DNA of 64,000 nt from an uncultured delta proteobacterium (GCA_963696385.1 CAVOKF010000005.1:800001-864000); one strand, 5' to 3'; positions 19,197 to 28,790 are shown, numbered from the stretch's first letter. Numbers and translations are program-made. The notes: generated from the letters alone by a model not told the origin.

Positions 19197-19907
19197 TCAG
19201 CGTTGGATGGGAAGGCCCTCCGCCTCCCAGGCGAGCAGGCCCCCTTCGAGGAAGGCCACCGGCATTCCCTGCTCGGCGAGCTTGCCCGCGAGCTCTTTGG
19301 TCTTGTCTCCTCCGCGGCAATAAAGCACTGGCTGGCCTGCGAGCATGTGCAGTTCGGCGAGGCGGCCCTCCAGTCCTTCGATGGGCATGTTCACCGAGCC
19401 CGGCAAATGCGCACGACCAAAGGCGATGGCGTCGCGCGTGTCGATGGGCACGACGGCCTTGGCCGTGAGCAGTTGCGCGAGCTCGCCGGGCTTGAGCGCC
19501 CCCGCCGCGCGCGGCAAGAACGGCTCTACGAGCTCCTGCATTTTTTTCTTACGAATGGCCCCGACGACGGAACCCTGAATGCGTCCCTCAGCGACGATCA
19601 TGAACGTGGGTACGCTCTGGACGTTCAGCTGTTGGGCGATGACCGGCGCCTTGTCGACGTCGATCCGGACGACCTTCGCACGGCCTTGGTATTCGCGCGC
19701 GAAGGCCTCCACTTCCGGTGCGATCGCCTTGCACGGCTGGCACCAGTCCGCGGTGAACTGCATCAGTACCGGCAGCTCGCTTCGCAGCACTTCGCGCTCG
19801 AAGTTGCGTTCGGTCACGTAGGGCACGCCGCCGCCGCCCTTCGCCGAGGGGTCGGCGCTGGGTCCGTTACCGCGTCCTCGACCGCCGAAGCCACCCAGGA
19901 TCGTCAT
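19197..19907 (-). CDS. Thioredoxin-rhodanese fusion protein
   Basis: WCQPC thioredoxin site; IDTRD...HLPGSVNMP...YCRGG...LEGGLLAW rhodanese. Confidence 0.88.
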   Translation of the reverse strand: MTILGGFGGRGRGNGPSADPSAKGGGGVPYVTERNFEREVLRSELPVLMQFTADWCQPCKAIAPEVEAFAREYQGRAKVVRIDVDKAPVIAQQLNVQSVPTFMIVAEGRIQGSVVGAIRKKKMQELVEPFLPRAAGALKPGELAQLLTAKAVVPIDTRDAIAFGRAHLPGSVNMPIEGLEGRLAELHMLAGQPVLYCRGGDKTKELAGKLAEQGMPVAFLEGGLLAWEAEGLPIQR

Positions 19908-19933
19908 GGTGTGGGGATTTATACGCACGCGCT

Positions 19934-20026
19934 AGGTCTCGTCGAGGGCTGTCGACCGCGTCGCCGCGCGGTGACGCCGAATGGACGCGTCCGGCAGCCA
20001 ACCACGGCGGCGATGGGTCGAGACCT
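19934..20026. repeat. Short inverted-repeat-bounded module abutting element A1
   Basis: AGGTCTCG (19934-41) / CGAGACCT (20019-26); left end lies in CTAG. Confidence 0.4.
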
Positions 20027-20195
20027 TGTACACCGCCCCAGAACAACGGGATCCGCTGGGCGGTGCACTTCAATCGCCGGGAGGCGATTGGGGTTTGGGG
20101 CGAAGCCCCAAGAAAATCATCTTAGTACAGCGCCAGCCTGCAACGCAGGCGTACTCAGCGCAGCTGGGTCCCGTTTATCGGGGCGCTGTACTAAG
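20026..20195. mobile_element. Family A structured dispersed repeat (MITE/REP-like), copy 1
   Basis: ~85% similar by eye to 50692-50862; perfect 14-bp IR CTTAGTACAGCGCC (20121-34)/GGCGCTGTACTAAG (20182-95); hairpins CAATCGCC-GGGA-GGCGATTG and TTGGGGC-GAA-GCCCCAA. Confidence 0.8.
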
Positions 20196-20295
20196 GGCGG
20201 CGTCCCTCGGACGCTGAGACTTCGTGGCGATCGGCCGCGGCTTGGTTTCCTTCGCGAATCAGCAGTAGAATCGCGCCTCAGGCTTGCTAACGGAG

Positions 20296-21393
20296 ATGGC
20301 TACGAAGGACAACGACACCGACCCGTCGACTCCCCGGGCCCGCCGGACGCTGTCGCTGCACTCCGCTGCGGGCGGGTCTGTCGATCCATCGTCCACGCAA
20401 CGGCAGGGGATGGCCGCCGAAGGCGCGCCCGCCACGGAGCAGGCCGGCGCTCCGGGTGCAAGCAAGCCCGAAGCCATGTCGGGCCCCGAAGAAGGCGCAT
20501 CGGGCCTCGTGACATCGGCGCGAAAATCCAGTGCACCCAGTGCAGCCGACGACAGGCCGAATGAGACGGATCCGGGTGTTGGCCCGCCCGCTCCCATGCG
20601 GAAGTTGCCGCCCCAGTCGATTGGGGTGGTCGTACCGAGCCCCGGATCGACTGCCCGCACGTTTCCTCCTCCGATCGGGTCGAAGAAAGATTCGATCGAA
20701 TTGCTGTTGGCCGGGCTCGCGGACTCGCGCCCGGACCGGACGAGGACCGCCCCGCAGACCGACGGCGAGGCCGCGGTCGTCTACCATGCCGAGCACGCGG
20801 TTCGGGCGGGCAGCAGCCCGCCCGTCCAGCCTTCCCGCGTGCTCGTAGAACGGCCCCCGACGCCCCGGGCGATCCCGTTGGCCGCTCACGCCCAGCGAGC
20901 GCGAGCTCGATCGACGAGCGCTGCCGAATCGACCACGGCGGTGACCGAGAAAGGCCGTTTCGACGCGCCTCTGGTCCGGCGAACGATGATGGCCCTGGTC
21001 GCGGGACTGTTCGTCGTGATCGTGATCTTCGCTACGCTCCGAAGCGTGACGTTCCACCGGGACGCCGAAGATACGGTATCGATCGCGCCCGCGGGGGCCA
21101 TTGCGGTTTCTCCGATGCCGTCGCCGCCGCCGCCGCCGGCTGTTTCGGCCGTGTCGCCGCCGCCGATCCCTGTAGCGTTCCCCGAACCCGCACAGCCCGA
21201 CCCACGTCCGATCGCTGCGCCGCAAGCGTCCGCTTCGGCGGCCGTGGAGCCCTCGGCCACCGGGGTTGTGTCGGCGGCGAGCGCGCCGTCGCGGCCTCCG
21301 ACTTTCGTTCGAAGACGGCGACTGAGGCCGCTGATGGTTCCGATGCCGTCGGCGACGGCCAGTAGCGTCGGCGAGTTCAAGACGTCGTTCTGA
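20296..21393 (+). CDS. Pro/Ala-rich single-pass membrane protein
   Basis: One TM helix (MMALVAGLFVVIVIFATL) between low-complexity regions. Confidence 0.65.
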   Translation: MATKDNDTDPSTPRARRTLSLHSAAGGSVDPSSTQRQGMAAEGAPATEQAGAPGASKPEAMSGPEEGASGLVTSARKSSAPSAADDRPNETDPGVGPPAPMRKLPPQSIGVVVPSPGSTARTFPPPIGSKKDSIELLLAGLADSRPDRTRTAPQTDGEAAVVYHAEHAVRAGSSPPVQPSRVLVERPPTPRAIPLAAHAQRARARSTSAAESTTAVTEKGRFDAPLVRRTMMALVAGLFVVIVIFATLRSVTFHRDAEDTVSIAPAGAIAVSPMPSPPPPPAVSAVSPPPIPVAFPEPAQPDPRPIAAPQASASAAVEPSATGVVSAASAPSRPPTFVRRRRLRPLMVPMPSATASSVGEFKTSF

Positions 21394-21397
21394 TTGC

Positions 21398-21418
21398 GCG
21401 ATCCGCCGTGCGGATCGC
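21398..21418. terminator. Hairpin between convergent genes
   Basis: GCGATCCGC-CGT-GCGGATCGC perfect 9-bp stem 4 nt after stop; no U-tract. Confidence 0.45.
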
Positions 21419-21562
21419 AATCCAGACCTCGATGGCGACCCGGACAACGACTACCCCGACCTCGATCGCAGGACCCGACCCCGGCCTCGATAGCCTCGAG
21501 GGCGACCCCGGCCGCAGGCCGGACCGCAGACCCGGACCGCGACGTCCGGCCGGGCACGCGCG

Positions 21563-22630
21563 CTAGAAGCTGCCTTCCGCTCGAATCCCGACCTCGGACG
21601 GCGTCACTTCGGGCACGATCCAGGCGAGTTGGGGTCCGTTTTCGCCCTTCGGCCAAAGAAACCAGGTGGCCGCGGCACCGGCCGCCAGGATGCCCGCCGT
21701 GACGTAGAGCGCGGTGGATCCCGTGGCCGCACGGTTTTCCGCGCGCACGGCGTCATTCAAGGTGGTGCACGATGGGTTGGTGCTGAGGCCGAAACAGGAA
21801 CTGTTGCCGGTCAGTTGCGATCGATCGGTGGCGGCGTGGTTTGCGTCGCTCTGCGACGACAACCCAAGGTAGACGCCGATGCCGGCCGCGACGACGGCGG
21901 CTCCGCCGAGGACCGAGACGGTGATCGCGCGCGCGGGCGACGGCGACGTGCGCCCATCGGCGACGTTCGGATTGCTTTGGGTGAGGGCCGCGTCCATCGA
22001 CGGCGGAACGGGCGCGCTGGGCGCCTGGTTCGGTGCCGCGCTCGTCGCTTCCGGGGTGGGTGCCGTGTCGGTGGCGCCGACGGATGCGAAGCTCACGTGT
22101 GCGATTTGTCCCGCGGCCACGTCGACGGGGACCGACTTGAAGGAGTCGGCCAACCTCGCATCGATCTGATGGTGTCCGGGCAGCACGTCCAACGGTTCCG
22201 GAAAGGGCGCCACTCCGATGATTGCGTCTCCGTCGACCCGAACCGTCGAGCCCGGCGGCGCCTGCACATCGATATGGCCGGTCCGCGCCATGAGACGATC
22301 GGCATGCTGCTGAGCATCTTCGCGGTCCGCCGCATTTGCTTGCGCGTCGCGCGCGACGCGCTTGAAGTGATCGAGAGCCTCGATCCAGTGCTCGGTCTTC
22401 TCTTCGGCGAGCGCAAGGTTCCACAGGATCGCCGGACGCCTGAGGACGGCATACGCCTGGGCAAACGAAATCCGGGCGGCCTCGTAGTCGCCGCCCTTCA
22501 CCCTTGCGATCCCCTCCTCGAATCGCGATTGCGCATCGCGCACCGCGGGATCGTCGTCCGCACCGGCGGTTCGTGGCACCCCGATCGACAAGGCAGCGGT
22601 CAAAGCGATCCAGGGCACGGCAAATCGCAT
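21563..22630 (-). CDS. TPR + PEGA-like domain exported protein
   Basis: Signal peptide; 'AQSRFEEG...YEAARISFAQAY...ILWNLALAE' TPR; 'PPGSTVRVDG...VLPGHHQI' PEGA; C-terminal TM helices and GSF end. Confidence 0.8.
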   Translation of the reverse strand: MRFAVPWIALTAALSIGVPRTAGADDDPAVRDAQSRFEEGIARVKGGDYEAARISFAQAYAVLRRPAILWNLALAEEKTEHWIEALDHFKRVARDAQANAADREDAQQHADRLMARTGHIDVQAPPGSTVRVDGDAIIGVAPFPEPLDVLPGHHQIDARLADSFKSVPVDVAAGQIAHVSFASVGATDTAPTPEATSAAPNQAPSAPVPPSMDAALTQSNPNVADGRTSPSPARAITVSVLGGAAVVAAGIGVYLGLSSQSDANHAATDRSQLTGNSSCFGLSTNPSCTTLNDAVRAENRAATGSTALYVTAGILAAGAAATWFLWPKGENGPQLAWIVPEVTPSEVGIRAEGSF

Positions 22631-22763
22631 GGATCGCGCTATCTAGCGCGGCCCCTTCGAAATGGGCAAAGTTCAGAGTCGGCCGGTCCCGTTCGGATCG
22701 GACTCGCTCGGCGTCCCCTATGTCCGCCGTGCTCGGGCAGTGGTAGACGGACCCCGTAAGATC

Positions 22764-24642
22764 ATGGCTGCTCGTAACGCTTTGGATGGGCGCGTGGGGG
22801 ACTCGGCAGGCAGCTTCCAGAGCGAGTCCCGCGCACCGCGGACGGGGTTGCGTCGCGATCTGGTTTGGTTCGTGATCGCAAACCTGGCCGTTTTCTTCGT
22901 GGTCCTGGCCTATGGCTGCGGGCGAATGAGCGGCGGCGGCTGCTCGGACAACGCGACGTGCCCTCCGGCCGATGGGAGTGCAGAGGCCGATGGGGGCGTG
23001 GATGGGAGCCCGGGCGCCGACGCCGTGTTGTTGGGGGAGGAAGACGGCGGGGACTCCAGCATTGTGTTGGTCGAGGCGGACGCCACGCCGTCCGAGGCTT
23101 CTACGGACGCGACGCTGAACGCCGATGCGGATGCGGAGGCGGGAACGGTGGTGCCCTGCGATCCAGCGGCGGATCCAGCCGTCGAGTCCTGCCTGGTCAA
23201 CGAGACGTATGGGGTTTTCGTGGATTCGGTGAATGGCAACGACGGTGCCGCGGGGACGCGCGCCCAGCCCCTGAAGACGATCGGCGCGGGCATTGCCAAA
23301 GCAGCAAGCGCGATGGCGCTAAGTTCGCTTGTTTCTAGGGTGTACATCTGCGACGGCACATACACGGAACAGGTGCAACTCGGGGCATCGACGGACGGCA
23401 TCAGCCTTTACGGCAGTTTCGATTGCGTATCGTCCTGGCTGTACGCGAGAAGCGCCGGCGTGCCCCCGCTCGTCACCGTGGAGGGGCCGACCGCCCTGTA
23501 TGCGCTTCGCGTCAACGGAATTACGAAATCGGTGGTCATCGAGGACATTGCGTTCGACGTCCCGGATGCAGCGGAGTCGGGTGTATCGGACGGCGGTGCC
23601 GCGGAAGACGGCGCGTCGGACGGCGGGGCGGGGGATTCGAGCGCCGCAGCCGGAACCGGCGGCTCGAGCATCGCCGTGTTCGTGAGCAACACGAGCGGCT
23701 TGCTGCTTCGCCGGTGTACCGCATCGGCGGGATCTGGGCAGCCTGGGCAGGATGAAAGTACGCCCTTGCCGTTCGTGGATGCCGGGCCCAACGGGCAGGC
23801 GGGAACCGCCGGCGCCGGCGGCCCCGCCACACCCAACCCGATTTGTCCAACGAGCGTCGGGGGTGCCGGCGGGGCGCCGGCCGCCAGCGGAACGAACGGG
23901 GCCGACGGCCTGCCGGGGCCCTCAAACGGGGACACGGTTCAGGCGTGCGGCAACGGCACCGGGGGTCTGCCCGGCATCAACGGCGACGGCGGGACATCCG
24001 GTGCCGGCGCCGCGACGTGGGCTACGTTCACCGCGGGCGGCTGGACTCCCGCGGCCGGCGCTCCCGGGGGCGCCGGGGATGTCGGTCAGGGCGGCGGGGG
24101 GGGGGCTTCGGTCGATTCTGACGGGCGGCGGCGGGAGCGGCGGGGCCGGCGGGTGCGGGGGTGCGGGCGGCGCGGGGGCCGCCGGGGGCGGGTCGAGCAT
24201 TGCGGTACTCGTCTATCAGTCGACGATCGATCTCGAGCAGTGCTCGCTCCTTGCGTCGGGTGCGGGTCGCGGGGGCAACGGTGGCTCTGGACAGGTCGGA
24301 CAGGGGGGCGGGGCGCGTGGCAACGGGTTCGCGAGTAGCGATACGGCGTGTCCTGGAGCGAGAGGCGGGTCGGGCGGCAGCGGGGGCGGAGGGGGGGGTG
24401 GCGCCGGCGGGGTCTCCGCGGGGGTCGTTTGGGCGGGCATGACAGCGCCGACGATCGACGGGGCGAGCGTCTCGCAAGAGGCCAGCCTCGCCGCCGTGAC
24501 GCAACTGGGCACCTATGGGGCCGCAGGCCAAGCCGGGACCGGAGGCGCCGCGGCGGGGGCTGGTGCGAGTGCCGGCAGCGACGGCACGCCCGGGATGGCC
24601 GGCACGGGCCCGCCTCTCGCGGTCATGCACTTTGTTCCCTAG
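22764..24642 (+). CDS. PGRS-like secreted protein, paralog of 17262-19103; one frameshift at ~24096-24122
   Basis: Shared blocks ESCLV.E.YGVFV, ICDG.Y.EQV, IED.AF.VPDA; reading continues in another frame (GGAGGCGG...SSIAVL) after a G10 run. Confidence 0.72.
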
Positions 24643-24740
24643 CCGGACCTAGCCCCAAGGCTTCGCCGTGTGCCGGCCCTCCGGTGCGTTTGGGGCGTTG
24701 CGGCGGCAACCGGGGCCCGTACGCGGCCGATAGGCCGGGT

Positions 24741-25916
24741 ATGAGGCTCAGGCCACTGCCGATTTCGCCCCCTTCGAGAATGGCATCGACTCGACGGTTT
24801 CGATCGCCGCACGCCCGCATCGGCCGTTTCACGAAGGGACCGCCGCGGCTTGCGGTCGGCGCGATCTTCTTCGCCATGGGATCGATGGCCCGTGCCGATC
24901 CCAGCCCGGATCTGGCGCCCGGCGAGCACGAAACCGTCCTGCCCCGTCTGGTGACCCTGGGCGGCAGGCTGGGCGCCGTGCCGGGTCGGTCGCCGGACGC
25001 GACCTATCCGCGCGGGACGATTTTCATTGGGTGGTCGCCGGATCGGCAGGGCGCGGCCCTGGCGGAATGGGACGTCGATCGCGCGCATCTGTTGCGACAA
25101 CGATCGTTTGGCTGGCAGGGCGGGGACGTGAAGGTGGCCCGTTCGGGTAACCGCGTCGCGATCGTCGCCAACACGTTGGCGCGGGCGCGCGTCAAGCTCG
25201 CCGTCGTGGACGCCACCGATTGGCGTCTGGTGGCGTCGAACGATCTCGGAGTCGCCACGTTCGCCGCCGTCGCGATGAGCGGATCGCTCGTCGCCGTGTG
25301 GCACGACGCAGCGCCGTACCCGCTCGTGGCGAGGCTGAACCTGTTGCAGGTCGATCTCCTGGATCTCGCGGGACATGTTCTCGGAACGCTGTCGGTTCCG
25401 TGGACGGGAGCGCTCGAGTGGCCGGGGCCGTGGGTGGCCGTCATTGGAGATCGCGCCTACGTCGTGGTCCCGGGAACGCCTTCGGGCTCGATCGCGATGG
25501 TGGGTCCCGATGGGAATATCCTCAAGCGATTCGCGCTAACCACCGAAATGGCGGCGATCAGCGCTCACAACGAACGACTCGAGGTCGGGGCCGGTCCGGT
25601 CCTCGAGGAGCTATCGCCCGAGTTCGAGGTCCTCGATCGGCGCCGCTCCAAGGTCGACGTGCTAAAGCCCGTCGTCGGGCAGGATGGACGGATTGTCGGA
25701 TGCGGCCGTGTGTTGTCGGCCGCGCTCACGGTCCAGGCCGTCTTGCGCGGCCATGCGACCCGATGGTGTCACGACGCGCTGTGGTCGGGCGGCACGGCCG
25801 TGGTGATTGGCTCGGCCGAAGTCCCTTCGAGTTGGGCCTGGGTGTCCTGGTTTGACCCAGGCGAAGCCGATCGGACAACGCCCGCGGAACCCGGATGGTC
25901 GTTGCCGGATCTCTAG
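24741..25916 (+). CDS. Hypothetical secreted beta-strand-rich protein (start uncertain)
   Basis: Long ORF with signal-like segment ending ARA-DP. Confidence 0.55.
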   Translation: MRLRPLPISPPSRMASTRRFRSPHARIGRFTKGPPRLAVGAIFFAMGSMARADPSPDLAPGEHETVLPRLVTLGGRLGAVPGRSPDATYPRGTIFIGWSPDRQGAALAEWDVDRAHLLRQRSFGWQGGDVKVARSGNRVAIVANTLARARVKLAVVDATDWRLVASNDLGVATFAAVAMSGSLVAVWHDAAPYPLVARLNLLQVDLLDLAGHVLGTLSVPWTGALEWPGPWVAVIGDRAYVVVPGTPSGSIAMVGPDGNILKRFALTTEMAAISAHNERLEVGAGPVLEELSPEFEVLDRRRSKVDVLKPVVGQDGRIVGCGRVLSAALTVQAVLRGHATRWCHDALWSGGTAVVIGSAEVPSSWAWVSWFDPGEADRTTPAEPGWSLPDL

Positions 25917-25917
25917 G

Positions 25918-25957
25918 CTGAAGGCGGGGCGGGGCGGGGCGGGGCGGGGAAATTCAG
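25918..25957. mobile_element. Family B miniature IR element (40 bp) with (GGGGC)n core and 6-bp TSD TCTAGG
   Basis: TCTAGG at 25912-17 and 25958-63; ends CTGAA/TTCAG; reverse-complemented right end matches 40109-40124 at 15/16. Confidence 0.7.
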
Positions 25958-26130
25958 TCTAGGCCCTCCGGGATCGCGATTGCGCTCCCCCGCGAGTGTG
26001 CGCGGTGCCGGAGAGCGGGCCCCGGCAACCAGCTCGTGCCTTACCCGATCCGATCGCCCGCATCGGCCGTCCGCCGTGTCCGTCTACGGCGCCTCGACCG
26101 CCGGCCCTCGCGCGCGATACGCTCGGCCGA

Positions 26131-26607
26131 GTGCCGGACGAGTCGAGCGGAGAGACGACCAAGCAGAGGGTGGATCGCGAGCTCAACGAGCTGCTCGGTG
26201 AGCTGCGAGTCGCGCTGCCCGGCGTCCAGATGCTCTTCGCATTCCTGCTGACGGTCCCGTTTTACGCGCGCTTCGAGACGTTCCGGGGCCTCTCTCGCGC
26301 CGTTTTCTTCGCGACGTTCATGTGCACGACCGTCGCCGCCGTGTTCATGATCGCGCCGTCTTCGAACCACCGGCTGTCGTTTCGCGCACGCGACAAGGAA
26401 GAGCTGCTCTTGCGAGCCAATCGTTTTGCGATCGTGGGCATAGCCCATCTCGCGTTGGCGATGTGCGGGGTGGTGTTTTTCATTGCCGCCATGGTCGTGG
26501 GCATGGAGTGGGCGCCGGCGGCGGCCGCGGCCACCGCTGTGCTGATCGGCGGCACGTGGTACGTGTGGCCCTTCGTCCGCAAGATCGAGGGCCGCGCACG
26601 GGCTTGA
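26131..26607 (+). CDS. DUF6328-family membrane protein
   Basis: ELLGELRVALPGVQMLFAFLLTVPF signature, four TM helices. Confidence 0.8.
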   Translation: MPDESSGETTKQRVDRELNELLGELRVALPGVQMLFAFLLTVPFYARFETFRGLSRAVFFATFMCTTVAAVFMIAPSSNHRLSFRARDKEELLLRANRFAIVGIAHLALAMCGVVFFIAAMVVGMEWAPAAAAATAVLIGGTWYVWPFVRKIEGRARA

Positions 26608-26622
26608 GGGGTCCCCGGGAGT

Positions 26623-28503
26623 TCAGCGATCGCCGCCCGAGACAGCATCGACGACGCGCGTGCTCGTTGCCTGCAGCGAAGGGGGATCCTCATTCGCGGA
26701 GGCGATCTCACGGCCGTCCTCGACGAGAAAGCCGCCCACCTGGCGGCTCCACAAAGTGGCGTACACCCCGCCCCGGGCCACCAGATCGCGGTGACTGCCG
26801 TCTTCTACGACATGCCCCTTGTCGAGCACGAGCAAGCGGTCGAGATGGGCCAGCGTCGATAGCCGGTGCGCGATCGCAATCACCGTCTTGCCCGTCATGG
26901 CCTCGGCCATGGCCGCCTGGATGAGCGCTTCGGATTCGCTGTCCAGCGCAGACGTGGCTTCGTCGAGAATCAGGATCGGGGCGTCCTTGAGCAGCGCCCT
27001 GGCGATGGCGATGCGCTGTCGTTGGCCGCCCGAGAGCTTCACGCCGCGCTCGCCGACGAGCATTTCATAGCCCATCGGCAGGGCCATGATGAAATCGTGG
27101 GCATGAGCGCGCCTCGCCGCCACCATCACCTCGGCGTCGGTCGCTTCGGGCCGGCCGTAACGAATGTTTTCCATGAGCGTGCGGTGAAAGAGGACCGCAT
27201 CCTGCGGAATGAAGCCGATGGACCGCCTGAGGCTCTGCTGCGTCACCTGGGCGATGTTTTGGCCGTCGATGGCGATCGCCCCACTTTGGATGTCGTAGAG
27301 GCGCATGAGCAACGTGGCGAGCGTGCTCTTGCCCGCCCCGGAGTGGCCGATCAAGCCGACGCGCTGTCCGCCCGCGATCGTGAGATTCAACCCGCGGAAT
27401 ACCGGCACCGCACGATCGTAGAGAAAGTGCACCTTCTCGAACGAGACCGATCCGCTCGAGACCTTCAAATCGGTCGCGCCCGGGCGATCGCGAATGTCTC
27501 GTGGCACGATCAGCATGTCGAGCGAATCGCGGATGCTGCCTATCATGTCGTACGTATCTGGCAGGGCATTGGCCATATCGAACACGTTGCGAATCAGCTG
27601 GATCATGAGCGTCATGACCAACAAGAAATCGCCGACGGTGATGGTCGCCCGAACGAGAGCGTCGAGGGCGAGCGGCAGGAGTGCGGCGTAGATCACGACG
27701 TTGAGCGACTGCGCGGCCAACCGCATCTGCACGAATGCGCGGTACTGCGCTCGCTGGGCTTCAAAGGTCTCCGCCACGGAATGACCGACGATGCAGTCTT
27801 CTCTCTCGTGCGCTCCGAAGAAGATCACGTTCTTGATGTTCGTGATCGAATCGACGATTCGCCCCGTGAGTTGCGCCTTCGCTTCGCTGTGCACGGCGCC
27901 GAAGGCCGCGATCCGGCGGCCCATGGCGCCGGTCACGCCGATGTACACGGCGAGCCAGGCGAGCAAGACGAACGCGAAGAACGGCTTGGCGCGGAAAAAG
28001 AGCACCAGGAGCAGCGCGCACTGCACGATGAGCGGCAGGTAGTCCCAATTCGCTCGCTCGAAGAGCGTCACGGTCTGTTCCGGCAAGAGCATCGCGCGGT
28101 GCGCCACCTTGCCGGTCAGCATGTTGTCGAAATACGTAGGGCTGTGCCGTTGCACATACCGGAACACCAGCTGCCGAGCTCGTGCCAGCACCGGAATGCG
28201 ACTCCGGTACGAGCAGAGCCAGGCTACCCATTCGGCGAGGATCGTGAGCGCAAGGACCACGAAGAAGCCGAGCAGAGGGCGCAGCAGATCGTCTCGCGCC
28301 CGGGCCGCATGCAGGTCGATTCGGGTCGCGGTGTCGATGATGCGCTTGGTGGCGTAAAACTGGAGGACCGAGAGCGCTCGAAGCGAGAACGAGGCGACCA
28401 TCATGAGGATGACCGTGCCCCGGTAGGGACGCGCGAAAAGCCAAAATAAACGAACGATCGACCGAGGCAGTGTCTCGGGGACCTCGGTTGTGAGGGGCTT
28501 CAC
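26623..28503 (-). CDS. ABC exporter, fused permease/ATP-binding
   Basis: N-terminal TMD; GHSGAGKST, GERGVKLSGGQRQRIAIAR, DEATSALD. Confidence 0.93.
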   Translation of the reverse strand: MKPLTTEVPETLPRSIVRLFWLFARPYRGTVILMMVASFSLRALSVLQFYATKRIIDTATRIDLHAARARDDLLRPLLGFFVVLALTILAEWVAWLCSYRSRIPVLARARQLVFRYVQRHSPTYFDNMLTGKVAHRAMLLPEQTVTLFERANWDYLPLIVQCALLLVLFFRAKPFFAFVLLAWLAVYIGVTGAMGRRIAAFGAVHSEAKAQLTGRIVDSITNIKNVIFFGAHEREDCIVGHSVAETFEAQRAQYRAFVQMRLAAQSLNVVIYAALLPLALDALVRATITVGDFLLVMTLMIQLIRNVFDMANALPDTYDMIGSIRDSLDMLIVPRDIRDRPGATDLKVSSGSVSFEKVHFLYDRAVPVFRGLNLTIAGGQRVGLIGHSGAGKSTLATLLMRLYDIQSGAIAIDGQNIAQVTQQSLRRSIGFIPQDAVLFHRTLMENIRYGRPEATDAEVMVAARRAHAHDFIMALPMGYEMLVGERGVKLSGGQRQRIAIARALLKDAPILILDEATSALDSESEALIQAAMAEAMTGKTVIAIAHRLSTLAHLDRLLVLDKGHVVEDGSHRDLVARGGVYATLWSRQVGGFLVEDGREIASANEDPPSLQATSTRVVDAVSGGDR

Positions 28504-28790
28504 GATGCGCGCACGGTGTCGAAAAGGATGGCCACGAGCTTCGACACGTCGCCCTGGAAATGGCTCGATGGGCGCCTAAATCCTACCCCACGAGTCGCGT
28601 GCAATTTAGTCGGAACCGCTTGTTTGGTTCAAGCCAAGGCAACAACGTTACCGCGTTTCGAGCGGAGCCGAGAGGGCGACTTGCCCCCGCGCCGAGCGCG
28701 AAGGCAAAGGGTCGGTTGAGCCGAGGCTGAGGGGGCGCTCTCACCCTGGAACCGGATCGTCGTGTCGCGTACCCTTCGTTGGACCCTCCC

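Noticed and set aside
20026..20195. Family A as a riboswitch or tRNA
   Set aside because: No recognisable tRNA arms or known aptamer consensus; the second copy lies between convergent 3' ends
28516..28547. 8-bp inverted repeat GTGTCGAA/TTCGACAC upstream of the ABC exporter
   Set aside because: Could be an operator, but single, short and with no regulator nearby; not distinguishable from chance
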